63,593 bases of DNA, filler included, from Basidiobolus ranarum (GCA_040143965.1; 8 parts of 8 records of this genome joined end to end with filler, not necessarily neighbours in it); one strand, 5' to 3'. Positions 50,593 through 63,593 are shown, counted from the first letter of the whole stretch. The notes: generated by a model from the letters alone, not told the origin. A program made the numbers and translations.

Positions 50593-53086
50593 ATGACGAC
50601 AGCTGAAGGTTTGTAATAATCTAAAAAAAAGAAATATGTATTGTAAAACGTCGTTAAAATGAGGAGTTAACTGATACAACCAATTATTTGCTGAAACACC
50701 AAATCTTTTAGTGAGTACGAAGCGAAAGATACTGTTAAGTGTATGGGCGGTAGTCTTAATTGGACTCCCATTTTGGTGGAAAACAACTCAGGTATATCGT
50801 GCACATTTACCTTTTGAGGAAATCGCCCACTGGCAGGATTTAGATGTAAGTTGTTTCAAGCGTTTGTACTAAGAAGTAAATGCAGAGTTGAAAACGGGTG
50901 TGATTTTTCGACATTTCTTCAAGAGAAATTATGTTTCGCAGCCTCATCAACCGGTCAGTCATACTTGCATATAAGTTCACTAACGTGCTTTTTACTTCCT
51001 TCGCTATAGGGTTGTTTAAATTTTCCCGTCCGAGTCAATCTTCATCTTCCTTCAACGGAAGAAACTCGTACTTTAGACTTGTCAGATATCACAAGGGATG
51101 TACAAAAATATGTCGACACTCAATCTGAATCCAATATGAATAATCGCCTGATCAATACCTCACTAGGACAAGTTCGAGTTCCTGTTCAACTTTCTAGTCA
51201 AATAGATACTTCAGAGAAAAGTAAGAAATCGATATGGAAGTCTCTATGCTCAAATTTCGAATGGGATCATTAATTATTTTTCGTTGCAACCCTTAGTTGA
51301 AGAGTCAGAAGTTAATGGAGAATATCACATTTATGTTCGGTCTGTGGGGAAAAGCTCTGACTCAAAGCCAAGGGTACTGCTTCACGACTCTCGCAGTATT
51401 ATAATCGAAGCACAATCCATTGACCGAGGTGGGAGGACATCGCTTAGTAATTTCGTAAGGCAACATTCCAATTGACCTCATTTCTTGTAGATACCATCGT
51501 GAAGACAACGTCTACAGTCATCTCAGAGCTCTTCACGGAGGAGGAAACCAAGATCGCCAAAACTTTGAATGATGACCACAACTCTGATAAGGTAAATTTT
51601 CCTAGAGTTACACATAAGAAGAGGTCGATTGTTAAACAGAGTTATCAGGTTGATGCCGAGTCACTTCGCGTGATGAAATATGCATCTTCATATCAGCTCA
51701 CCTTCTCCTTGATGAATGAAGATCCATCCACTCTCCTTGTTTCCTGGGAGATAGATGCTGCTCTTCGAGGTACTATTCTAATCGCACTATCTTCTACTCA
51801 GATGTACTTACATTATCTCTCTCTATAGAGTATCTATACCCATTTTTGTCTGAACTAACGAAGATATCCAACTTTACAGTTGAGTCACAGGTATTGATCA
51901 ATTGAACCTTTCTCATATTTCTGCGATGACTAATGTACATACAATCCGGTTTAGATTCAGAATTATGCTACTCTAACCGTTGAACCTCAGCGCCAAAATA
52001 CGAAGAAATCCCATTATTACTACCTGAACCCAGAATCACTTCCTCATTTTATCAATTCTGCCGAGTGGAACTTAGGTAAGAGGAATTTTGGATGGACTTT
52101 TATCTGACCCTCTTATTCATCCTTCGTCGGATATCTGATAGCCTCCGCTGTATCTACCAGTCCTAGTATCAACTTTCTCATTTATGTTGCTGCTGAAAGA
52201 CATCGACCACTTCGTATTCATAGCGCCAAGGGTAATCAAGATTTTTCAGTATATCAACTGTAATATAGTCATTCTAAAACCGTTTCAGGCCAAAGAATCT
52301 CGAATAGTGCATTTTTAATCCCTAGATATGGTGGAGTGGCGATCAGTAACCCTAAAGTTGGTGCATCCCAAACCTCCCAAAAGTCACACCATTTTACCCC
52401 ACAAGAATTACGACAATATATGCAGACATTTACGGTTCAACTCCGAGAACTCCTAGGAATTGACGAGATCAGGACCATCTTTCAGGTGTGAATTGGTTTC
52501 ATCATGATTTCTCCTTTGATGGTATTTCTCTAAAACAAATTCACTTTGAAATAATAGAGAGCCGAAATCGACGTAGCTTTGGTGTCAACCTCAGGCGTTG
52601 GAGTGACCCAGTGGGAACTAGATAGATTGGCACACAAACGGACAGCTCAAAATATGGTATCTGCAGCCGCTACTCTTAGCTCATTATCAAGATTGATCAA
52701 TCAGATTCCTAACATGGTGGTTTTGGACCATATTCAAACGGAGGTATGTAGCAATATCCCGTGGCAATTTAGGGGATCCATCATTCATTGTTTGCTAATT
52801 ATATGATCCAATCCAGGTTACTGAAGCTCTAGGAAGTTTACAAAAGGCTTGTCATCATGTAAAGAATATGGACTACCAAAAGGCACTTCATTTTAGTAAG
52901 GAGGCTTTAGAGCGTTCAGAATCGGCATTCTTTGATCCAACCATGGTGTCTATGTTATATTTCCCAGATGAACACAAATACGCCATCTATATGCCGTTAT
53001 TCTTCCCCATCTCGGTACCACTGGTGCTTGCTGCCATTAAGGAACTTAAAGAGATGAGAAAGCGTAAGAAGGAAAAAGCAGAGTAA
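50593..53086 (+). CDS. PIGS: GPI transamidase subunit PIG-S/Gpi17, multi-exon
   Basis: GLPFWWKTTQVYRA.LP, YQLTFSLMNEDP, FINSAEWNL, FLIPRYGGV, AFFDPTMVSMLYFPDEHKYAIYMPLF. Confidence 0.93.
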
Positions 53087-53759
53087 TCGAGTTGATAATC
53101 TATACTTCCATTTTATAAACGATAATTTAGTATTATTATCCTTAAGGAACTCACCATCAAGCTCTTCCCTCTTTTACCTTCAAGTTAACTTGACTATTTG
53201 ATTTTATTTAGGATTCTTTATTTGATGTAATAATTTCTTAACCAACAATCATTCTTGTTCATTTGAATAAACTGAAACTGAAAATGCAGAAATATTGGCC
53301 ATCCGCATATCTTACCAAACTAACTCGACTAATGGATACGGTGACAAAGCCACTTCCCTGCTTATCTTACCAGAAATGCTACAGAAACACAAAACACTCG
53401 AGATATATATATATAAACCGAAGTAGTCAAAGATTTGTGTATCAGGATGTTTTGTATTTTTTGTCATCTTGTAAATGTGATAAAAAAAGTGAAGGTTTAA
53501 AGTTTGATATATTAAAAAAATCCAAGCTTGGAAATTTTCCCAGGGCCCAACAATAGATAGACAAAAGAGAAGGGGAGAACTGGAAGGATGTGATAGAATC
53601 GGAATGAACTAAATACCACAAGTAAGCTTACCAAGAATGAAGAAGTATATGTTAATAAGCTTTTTACTAAGGTTAGGAAAACCAAAAGGTGAAATATATT
53701 GATCAAAAGCATAATGTAACATATTGAACAGACCATATGGTTGGACTTCGGTTATTTTT

Positions 53760-54801
53760 TTAAATACTAGTTTGAGTAGTGGTTGTATACTCTGAGGTAG
53801 CCTCAATACAATGCTTAGGGAAAACCCCTTTTACGCGTCCTCGAGTTTCGTTAATCCCTTGCACCCAGCCATCATCATATTCAACTACAACAGTTACTTG
53901 ATCGCCTGGGTATACCTCCAGTTCATCGCCTAACGTAGGCGTATATGTGCTAATCACAGTATAGGTCTTTTGTAGGTGAGGTGGTGGTAATTTTTCATCT
54001 TCAAAAACGTTGGATTCAAATCCTCTACTGTCCCGATCAGATAACTGGGATTGTATACTCTTCTTTGATTGATGTCTACGATACATCAACATAGCAATGC
54101 CAGCAACTCCAACAACAGCCACTCCAGCTATTCCACCAATCACACCAGTAGATACGCCAGTGGAATGAGATTCATTTCCAGCAGAAGACTGATCTTTCGC
54201 TACGTCATTAGGAACGGGTGAAGTGCTGGTATTATCAGTAGGATTAGCAGAAAGAGGTTTCTTGGGAGGAGTACGATCTAAAATAGGATTTCAAATGATG
54301 GGTGAATTACGATCCAATACTTCTAGTAGCCTTGATAGAATATGTTAATTGTTAACTCGAATGAACATTCAACTTACCATTGACTGGAGTGGTTTTCAGA
54401 GCAACGCAGGTAATTAGAGATTTAACTTTGGACGAGTAGCAATTAAAATTCTTATCAGTTCCAGCTGATGAGGAAAAGCAACCATGAACGACAGTGCCAT
54501 TTCCGACATCAGAGCTAGCATCACATTCAACTTCTTGTCCATTAAAACTTCCAGATCGAAGAGGAATGGTACCATCTTGGCAGAACCCCCAGTTATCTTT
54601 GGGAGTAGGTCGGCGTAAAAAGCACCAAGGCTTCCCTTGATTATCAGCCTCTGTGCACCCTTGATATTGAATTCCTTTGTAAAGGTAAGCAGGCGCACAT
54701 TCAGAATACTTAACCGTGGGGTTCGCAGAGACAACTGAAGAGAACTGGGCAGCGAAGAGGAGGAAGGCTGCAATGGGAGAAGTTTGCGAGAATAACTTCA
54801 T
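53760..54801 (-). CDS. Type I membrane protein: signal peptide, fibronectin type II-like domain(s), S/T/P stalk, TM helix, SH3 (313 aa; intron 54278-54377)
   Basis: Splicing GTAAGT...TTTTAG joins the two ORFs in frame; CAPAYLYKGIQYQGCT...GKPWC...NWGFC; TM VIGGIAGVAVVGVAGIAMLMY followed by RRH; SH3 YTPTLGDELEV..GD...DDGWVQG...GVFPKHCI. Confidence 0.85.
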
Positions 54802-55769
54802 ATTGTATAATGAGGTTCGGGCACTATAGATACTCTTTGGAGTTGAGACACAACGACTTCAATATATTTGTCTCCAAATGAATACCGCTATGTATGCTAA
54901 CAGTAGTGAGTGTTGAGAGATTGATTGAAAGTTTCAATTTTGCTCAACAAATAGATAGAAACAAAAGCTTAATTTGCCTTTCCGAGTTCCTGCTCTTGGC
55001 TGGTAATAAATAAGAAGTGAAATTCACCAAGGAATTCACGCAATAAGCTGTAGTGCAAGGACCTGTGAAAGCAAATAAGTATTTGAATAGGTCAATGATC
55101 GATATCCAGCACTGATCTTTGATTCAAACGAAAAGGAAGATTTTCCAATAGCGTAGAGTAACTCAAAAATGGGCTGCAATTATTACGCGTTATTGTTATG
55201 TAGGAGAACAGTAAATATTCTAAACAAAACGAGAGTACAGCAATCCGAGAAGGTAGTAGGGGAACAGCTCCAAGGATCGGTATAAGAGAAGAAAAGAGAT
55301 AGAAAAGAGGGGAGAGAAGGAAAGGATTAGAGCACTGAACGGGAGAGAACTGGGTTTGTTAAAATACTGGCGCACGATCGATTTTGGGAGAAAATCAACT
55401 CAATAAATGATTGCATGAAACCCTGCTTATATGCATGTAACAAAACACAAATGAATTTTACCTATTCTGTCCTATATACTGCCCAGGTTAGATTGAATAT
55501 TTCCAAATACCACAATAATATTGTAGAGCTTAAATGAGCTTGTTCCCAATCTAGGTAAGCTCATAACATAGGAATCAGCTTGAGGCCTGTTTTTCCCAAT
55601 GCATCCAGTCCAGTAAAAGGCAGTTGGCAACAGCCTCGTTAATCCTACACTCATACACGTATGATCCCCNNNNNNNNNNNNNNNNNNNNNNNNNNNNNNN
55701 NNNNNNNNNNNNNTTAATTAATTAANNNNNNNNNNNNNNNNNNNNNNNNNNNNNNNNNNNNNNNNNNNN

Positions 55770-56288
55770 ACATCTGGTAGCTAAGCTTGGCTTGAACTCT
55801 CCACTACTCAATAATCAAAGCTGCTTCCTTTACTGTAAGTGTTATGAGTGGACTAATATTTGCCGATGTAGTTGTTTTAGGGTGTAAGCAGCAACTATAT
55901 TTTACCTGATTCAGTGATTGCCAATTTTGTGCAAACAGTACATGACTTCAGGTTATTCATATCACTGGTGAAAGCCAAACAACTATTTGGACATGAAGCC
56001 AGTTTAATTACTGAAGGATTGCAAGTCATACAATTGACAAGTGTTTTCCACTTGTACAAGGTCTGTGGCAAGCAACAGTTGCCAATCAACTGTGATAAAA
56101 GCATAAGAAAACCAATAAGCATCTGGTTGCCAAGATTGAATTGAACTCTTCACTCCCCAATAATACAGCAGTTTCCTTTACTTAGGTGCTATGGGTAAGC
56201 TAATGCTTGCCAATAACAGAGAGGTGGAAATAAAACCATTGTCCTCTTCTTCATCCTCTGATATACTACTATCAGTACTGGAATAGCC
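55770..56288 (-). pseudogene. CACTA tnp2 relic fragments; the host sequence continues at 60931-~61340
   Basis: Homologous to 24360-24780 (SCPNSCLAFT...CTVC); 55790-55865 is a second partial copy. Confidence 0.8.
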
Positions 56289-59200
56289 TGATAAAAGTGT
56301 TTAGCGGATTTGGAATCGTTTTGGACAAGATTTGGATTTGTGAATTAGACACTTATGTTTTATTGAATTGAATATGTGCTATTTATAGTTTACTATGAAA
56401 TAGGACTGTTGGATGTGCTTTGATCATAACAAACATGCCTGTTAAGCATGGGTGAAAATTTAAAGGTGATTTGGAGAAGATTTGAGAAAATAGTGAAAAT
56501 TTGTAAAAGTGATCTAATTGATATTACTATCAATTAGAGCAATAAACACATGTTTTTGAATGGTAGAATTCAGTACTAAACAAGTAGAATATGAATAAAT
56601 TAACTGCTTAGTAATGAGTTGCCATATACCTAATTTCAACATTTCCACTCACTAATTATTTTGTATTTCTCTTGAACCTTACTGATAACTTGTTAATTTA
56701 AATTGTCTCAGCTAAAGATTTGGTTAAGCTATCAGCTTTCATCTCTTTGGTAGGGCAATAGACAAGTTGAGTTATATTATTCTCTACAGCTTCTCTAACA
56801 AAATGATGTCTAATATCTATATATTTTCTTGTAGCATGAAACTTAGGGCCTTTAGCTAATGAAATATAACTTTGACTATCTTCAAATACAGTAATAACAC
56901 ATTTTTGCATATATCCTGAGCCTGTAAATAACTTACTTAACCATATAGCTTCTTGTGTAGTAGCGGAGTCAGCCATATACTCTGCTTCTGTACTGGAAAG
57001 TGCTATGGTTAGTTGCTTCTTACTATTCCAAGTTATGGCTCCATTACCATAGAGAAAAGTGTACCCAGTCATTGATCTTCTATCATCAAGATTTCTTTCC
57101 CAGTCTGCATCACTTTAGCCTGCAAATTTTGTGCATCAAGCGCAACAGAGTATTCCACAACCAGATCAACAGTTCCTCTCAAACACCTGAATGTTTGTAT
57201 TACTACAGTATTGTGCTCAGATCCTGGATTTTTGAGATATTGGCTGACAGTTCCACTGCCATAGCAACGTCCGGACGTGTTCCAACCATTGTATACATTA
57301 GACCACCCACCATGGATTGAAAAGAGAACTCCTGGATTTGATTTGAGTCATTTTGGGTCAAATCAGATGGAACCTGATTGATTTAACATTGGGATCCTTT
57401 GATGTTGATGCAGGCTTGCTATTCTCCATGTAAAAATGTTTTAGGATATCTGGGATGTATCTAGACTAATTCAGCATGATTTGCTGATTGGGCTTATCTC
57501 TCTTGATTTGGATTCCAAGCAAATAACTTAATTCACCCATACCATTCATCTGAAATTGTTTTGATAAGCTGCTTTTTGTCTTATTAAGTGCTTCTAGATC
57601 ATTTGTGGCTACAATCGAGTCATCAACATAGAGTGCCAAGATAAGGATCCTACATCCAGTTGTTTTGATGTAAATACTGTGATCTGATGTGCATTTTTTT
57701 GCTTTCTAGTGACTTCAAATAGGTATCTATCTTGTTGTACCATGCCCTGGGTGCTTGCTTGAGAGCAATATTTGCAGTTTACAGACCATATCGGGGTGTT
57801 TTAGGTGAAAAAATCCATCTGGTTGCTCCATATAGATCTCATCTTCTGGAATTCCATTCAGCAAGGCTGTTTTTACTTCCATTTGATGTGAATCAAGGTT
57901 ATGGATGTCTGAGAGTGCCAGAGTTGATTGATTGGAGCTAAAGTTAGATACTGAGCCAAAGTTTCATTGTGAACAACTCCTGTTGTCTGCAAATAAGCTT
58001 TTGCAACTATTCTTGCTTTGTACCTTTCTATGGTTCCATCAGCTTGAATTTTGGCTTTGTCAACCCATTTGCAACCTATGGCTTTCTCCCTGATGGTAGA
58101 GGACTTAATACCCATGTTTTATTGTCCTGAAGTGAAGAAAACCCATCAGACTTTGCTTTTTTGCATAGTTCTGGTTTAGGCTATTCCAGAGCTTGATCTA
58201 GAGTCTGTGGCTCATCACAGATTGCTGCATAGGTATTTGCATCATCATGGGAAGTGTTCCACTAGTTTCCAGGCTTATTCTTCCTTCTGGAAGCACTTCT
58301 GGGTCCTGAATCATCCTCTGATGCAGTTAGGACCGGAATTTTGGTTGAACAGGGCTCAGATACAGCTTGATTTTATCAGACACTTCCTGAATAGTGCTGA
58401 TTGTGTTTTCTGATCAAGAACTGTGATTTGAGGTGCAAAATTTTGTTTTTCATCAAAAATCACATCTCTGCACTTAATTAACTTCCAATTCCCAATTTTC
58501 AAACAGTCTGTAGACCTTAGATTCATTGCAGTCACCAAGAAATATGTGTTTTCTGCTTTTGGTATTCAATTTAGAGTGTTTTGAGCTGGAATTAGGCAAT
58601 ATGCTGTGAAACCAAAGATCCTAAGATGATCCACACTTGGTGTTGATCCATGTAGGGCTTCAAGTAGAGTAGAATTCTGTAGGAATTGTGTTGGGCATCT
58701 GGTTTGATGTAGACTGCAGTGGAGGCATATTCAGCCCATTATTGGTAATCTAACTTTTGATCATGCAACATTGATCTTGCCATCTCTACCATGGTCCTAT
58801 TAGCATGTTCTGCAACTGCATCTTGCTGTGGAGTATAAGGTTCAGTAGTTTATTGCTTAATTTCATTGTTAAAACAACAACAAGCAAAGTCTTGTGAGCA
58901 GTATTCTCCACTATTATCACTCCTGAGTACCCTTATTTTTTGTGCAGATTCTTGCTCTACCACTGCTTTGTAGTGCTGGAAAGTAGCCAAGGCTTCAGAT
59001 TTTGATTTAAGAAAGAATAACCAAGTATATCATGTTTAGTCATCAATAATGGTCATAGAGTATCTTTTCCCACCTAGTGAGACATTTATCATTTGCCCAC
59101 ACAGGTCAGAATTAATCAGGGAAAGATTCTGAGTGGATTTGAATGCTCCAGAGCTTAAAAGTGGCTGTCTGTGAAGCTTTTCATATATGCAACCTTCACA

Positions 59201-60930
59201 CAGAATCAATTTAGTGATTTTCCCAATTTCTAAGCATGAAACAAGCAGATTTTGGATCATTTGGGTCAGTATTTGTTCCCTAATGTGGCCTATTCTTCTA
59301 TGCAACATTTGACAGCTTTTTTCACCGGTTTTGGCAAAGTTTGCCTGCTCAGAAGGCAATTTGTTGATTTCTAGCTGTTATAAGTTTTGAATATTGATCC
59401 CAGTAGATGATTTGGTATTATTATGATATGTGATAGCTCATCCATGATTACTGAACACAAAATTTAGTCCTTGAGTTGTTTCTGGGGGTACTGAGAGTAG
59501 ATTCTTGGCTTTAGTTGGTACATAGAGAACATCATCCAATTTTGCTGATGGGGTAGCTGAATTTTGGTCTAAATTGAGTACAATTGTGTCTTTATCAACT
59601 GCAATTAGTGCAGAGTCCTCACCTAACTAGACATTTTCTTTGTTTTTATTGGTTTTAAGCTTGAAAACCAATTGTTCCTGTTTGACAAATGCTGGGAAGC
59701 TCCAAACTCAATATACCACCTTTCTGAGTCTTCTTTAGTGGTTACTGATATGGCAGACACAATTAGATGATATCTGTCAGTGCTTACTTGATTTTCTTGT
59801 TCCAATTTTAGCTTTTCAGCCAAAATCCTTTTTCTGCAATCTTTGATAATATGGCCTGGTTTCTTGCAATACTTGCAGATGACGGATTTCCTATTAGAGG
59901 CTCCATTATTGAAGCCTGTTGGATGTCTTACAGCTCCAAAAATTACCTGTTCTGCATGATTTTGCTGAGAATTAGATCTCCTTGATTCTTCATTCAAAGC
60001 ACAGCACCAACATATTCCATTGTTGATGGCTCTGATCTTGATTCAAGGTCAATTATGAGGTTCCCAAACTCATCTGGCAGGCTCCCAAGTAGTGTCATGA
60101 CTAAGTTATCTTCATCTAGAGGTGCTCCAATGGATGGCAACTGATCTGCCATAGTTTTTATCTGACTTATATGCTTGAGCCTAGAATCATTGGTATCCAT
60201 CTGAATTGAGAATAAATTTCACCTAAGATATCGCCTGTTAGCCACACTATTAGTCTTGAATAGTCCCTCAAGTGTTTCTCAAGCATTTTGGATGTTTCTG
60301 GCTGATTGTATGTGCCTCAATTGAGAGTCTCTGAGATGTAGACAAAGTGTTGAAAGTGCCTCCCTCTGCCTTGTGTGAAAGGCCAGGATAGCTTCTGATG
60401 GTCCCTTTGGCTCTATTTCTTCTCCCATACCAAATCCCCAAAGGTCCTTGTCTTCTAGCACCACTTGCATCTTTAACTCCCAAAGGTGAAAGTCTTTACC
60501 ATCAAACTTCTTGGTGGATGCAAAAACACAGGTAATAGTACTGGTATACATCCTCTAACAGCTAGCATGGGGCTCATAACCTGATAAAAGTGTTTAGGGG
60601 ATTTGGAAGTGTTTTGACAAGATTTGGATTTGTGTATTTGACACTTAAGTTTTATTGAATTGAATATGTGTTAATTATAGCTTACTATGAAATTGGACTA
60701 TTAGACATGTTTTGATCAAAACAACTATGCCTGTTAAGCATGGGTGAAAGTTTGAGGTGATTTGGAGAAGGTTTGAGAAAATAGTGAAAATTGGTAAAAG
60801 TGATCTAATTGGTCTCTCTATCAATAAGAGCAATAAGCACACATTTTTGAATGACAGATTTGAGTACTAGATAATCAGAATATGAATAAACTAACTACCA
60901 AATAATGAGTTGCTATACATAATTTCAATT
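56289..60930 (-). mobile_element. Full-length but pseudogenised Ty1/copia retrotransposon (family B), 4642 bp
   Basis: LTRs 56289-56641 and 60582-60930; TSD tagcc/taacc; PBS 60570-60581; gag knuckle CKYCKKPGHIIKDC, protease WYIEFGASQH, integrase HRRIGH..CEGC, RT RYKARIVA, RNase H IALSSTEAEYM, in copia order PR-IN-RT-RH. Confidence 0.95.
60570..60581 (-). promoter_or_regulatory. Primer-binding site GGTTATGAGCCC, complementary to the tRNAiMet anticodon arm
   Basis: Directly abuts the 5' LTR; degenerate copies at 27353 and 62214. Confidence 0.85.
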
Positions 60931-61344
60931 TAACCAAGGTCAATGTCAAGCAGCATGCCTCAAAGTTGTTGTGACTTACTTGCCCAACCAAAGTGCATTT
61001 CTACCAACATCATTCTACTCATAAAACTCTGGTAACTCCACAGTATCTTGTCTTTTGGCAATGTTACCAAAACTTTGAGACAAAGCACAGCCAGTGGGCA
61101 CAGTGGGCAAAACTCAGGTTGTTTTTGTGCACCTGTTACTGTTGATATTCACTAGGCTTTGTGCAGCTAGTGGCTTTGTACAGTGACTGTTCTTGTGATT
61201 ATTCTTTTCATGAAGCCTCCAGCTTTTGTAGCACAAGAATTTGTGACAATAATAGCAGGGCTTCTTTAAGTGTTTATGTTGTGGCATGAGAGGCATATTG
61301 TAGAAAAACAAACACCTTTTATATGTTTGTGGTATTTTAGGTAT

Positions 61345-61975
61345 TGATAAAAGTATTTGGGGACTTCAAAGTGTTTTGGACGAGATTTGGATATGTGAAA
61401 TAGACACTTATGTTATATAGAATTGAATAAGTATTCTTTATAGTTTACTATGAAATAGGACTATTGGATGTGCTGAAATTATAACAAACAAGCCCGTCAA
61501 GCATGGGTGAAAATTTGAGGTGATTTAAAGAAGTTTCAAGAATATAGTGAAAATTGGTAAAAGTAATCTGGTTGATATTACTATCAATTAGAGAAATAAA
61601 CACATGTTTTTGAGTGGCAGAATTGAGTTCTATATAATCAGAATATGGATAACTAACTACTGAAAAATGACTTGCTATTAACCTAATTTCAATATTCACA
61701 CTCAACTGATTTTTTTGTATTTCTCTTAAACCTAACTTTTATCTTGATGTTTCAAACTTGCTTAAGCTAAAGGTTTAGTTAAGACGTCAGCAAATATTTC
61801 TTCAGTTGGGCAATAAATAAGTTCAATCATATCATTCTTTATTGCTTCTAAATAAAAATGATGCCTAAAATCTATGTGTTTTCTTCTAGCATGAAATGTA
61901 CAGTTGATAGGTAATGAAATAAAAGCTTGATCATGTTCAAATATTGTAATAGCACATTTTTGCATATATCCTAAG
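61345..61975 (-). mobile_element. Copia 3' end fragment: RNase H remnant, PPT and 3' LTR (61345-61694)
   Basis: KHIDFRHHF...ADVLTKPLA; family B LTR sequence. Confidence 0.85.
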
Positions 61976-61984
61976 AATTATCAA

Positions 61985-63593
61985 TAAGATGACTTTTACC
62001 AATGTTTGCTATTTTTCTCAAAACTTGACCAAATCACCTCAAATTTTCACCCATGCTTAACAGGCATGTTTGTTATGATCTAAGTGTTTCCAATAGTCCT
62101 ATTTCATTGTAAGCCATAAATAGGACATATTGAATTCAATAAAACGTAAGTGTCTAATTCACATATCCGAATCTTGTTCAAAACACTTCTAAATCCCCTA
62201 AACACTTTTATCAGGCTATGAGACCCAAGCTAGCTGTTAAACATATGTCAACCAGTACTATGACCAGTGTTTTTGCATCCACAGAGAAGTCTGATGGTGA
62301 ATACTTTCACCTTTGGAAGTTCACTATGCAAATGGTGCTAGAAAACAAGGACCTTTAGGTATTTGTTACAAGAGAATACATGAAGCCAAAGGGACCACCA
62401 GAAGCTATCCTTGCCTTTCACAAGAAGCAGATGAAAGCACTCTCTTCCCTTTGTCTACATATCAGAGACTCTCAATTAAGGCACATACATTCAGCTAAGT
62501 ACATCCAAACTGCTTGGGAAACACATGAGGGACTATATGAGACTAAAAGTCAGGCTAAAGGCTGTATCTTGGGTGAAAATTATACTCAATTTGGATGAAT
62601 CCTGGTGAACATATGCTTAATCATATAAATCAGATATAAACTATGGCATAGCAGCTCTTGTACATTGGAGCATCTCTAAAGGAAGATGACTTTGTCATGA
62701 CACTACTTAGGAGCCTGCAGATGAGTTTGGGAACATCAAAATTGCCCTAGAACAAGAATAGGGCCATCAACAATGCAATGTGTTGGTGCTAGGCTTTTGA
62801 ATGAAAAATCAGAGATCTATTTCTCAGCAAAACAATGCAGAACAGGCATTTTTTGGAGCTGTAAATGTCCAACAGGCTCAATAATGGTTCTCTATTAGGA
62901 AAGCAGTTTTCTGCAAGTATTGCAAGAAAGTATGCCTTATAATCAAAGATTGCAGAAAGAGGACTTTTGCAGAAAAGCTATAATTGAAACAAGAAAATCT
63001 AGTAAGCACCGGCAGGGATCATATTTTTGTGCCTGCCTTATCAGTAACCACTAAAGAAGACTCAGAAATGTGGTGTATTGAGTCAGGAGCTTCCCAGCAT
63101 ATGTCAAACAAGAACGGTCAGTTTTCCAGCCTGGAACCCATCCAAACAAGGAAAGTCTACCTAGGTGATGACTATGCACTGGATGCAGTTGGTAAGGGCA
63201 CAGCTGTGCACAATTTAGACTGAAATTCAGCTACACCATCTGCAACTTTGGATGATGTACTGTATGTACCAAATATGGTCAAAAATCTACTCTCAGTAAG
63301 CCAAGCAACAGCTCAAGAACTAAGTGTTTTGTTCAGCAATGCTGGATGCACTATCACAGATCGGAATAACATCAAAGTAGCTACTGACATCAAAAATTAA
63401 AACTTATTTGAGTCTAAGAAATTGAAAATATCACCAAATTGAATTTGTATCAAGGTTACAAATATGGAAAACATCACAGAGAGCCTTTTTCAAGCTCTGG
63501 AGTAATTAAATCCACTCAGATTTTTGCCCTGATTCATTCTGACCTATGCAGGCCCATGAAAAATATCTCACTAGGTTGAAAAAGGTATTTATG
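61985..63593 (+). mobile_element. Copia 5' part: partial LTR to 62213, PBS, degenerate gag-protease-integrase start
   Basis: LTR ends ACTTTTATCA, then ggctatgagaccc; KGPPEAILAFH, WCIESGASQH; homologous to 59036-60551. Confidence 0.88.

Overview
This is a eukaryotic, intron-rich fungal sequence. Gene content and style suggest an early-diverging lineage such as Zoopagomycota/Basidiobolus (inference). The window is not one locus. It is eight ~7.8-7.9 kb contigs in decreasing length order, joined by artificial 100-nt N/TTAATTAATTAA/N linkers, so only within-contig neighbourhoods are meaningful. Contig 1 (1-7896) has two intronless bacterial-type genes (an IroE-like esterase and a nitrilase-family hydrolase) among LTR debris, plus the 3' end of a sugar transporter. 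Contig 2 has MIX23/CCDC58, a subtilisin and an Atg15-like lipase. Contig 3 has the COPA 3' end, a kinesin-10/KIF22 and a Virilizer (VIRMA) N-terminus. Contigs 4 and 8 are CpG-depleted transposon graveyards: CACTA tnp2 relics and Ty1/copia elements with a half-tRNAiMet PBS, including one full-length element with a TSD. Contig 5 has UTP6, ATP11 and an ENA-type ATPase. Contig 6 has three paralogous two-finger C2H2 genes enclosed by a ~395-bp inverted repeat that runs off both contig ends. Contig 7 has an HExxH protein, PET191, PIG-S and a fibronectin-type-II/TM/SH3 receptor-like protein. The most interesting items are the inverted-repeat-bounded zinc-finger cassette, the fungal FN2-TM-SH3 protein, the bacterial HGT islet and the canonical Virilizer homologue.
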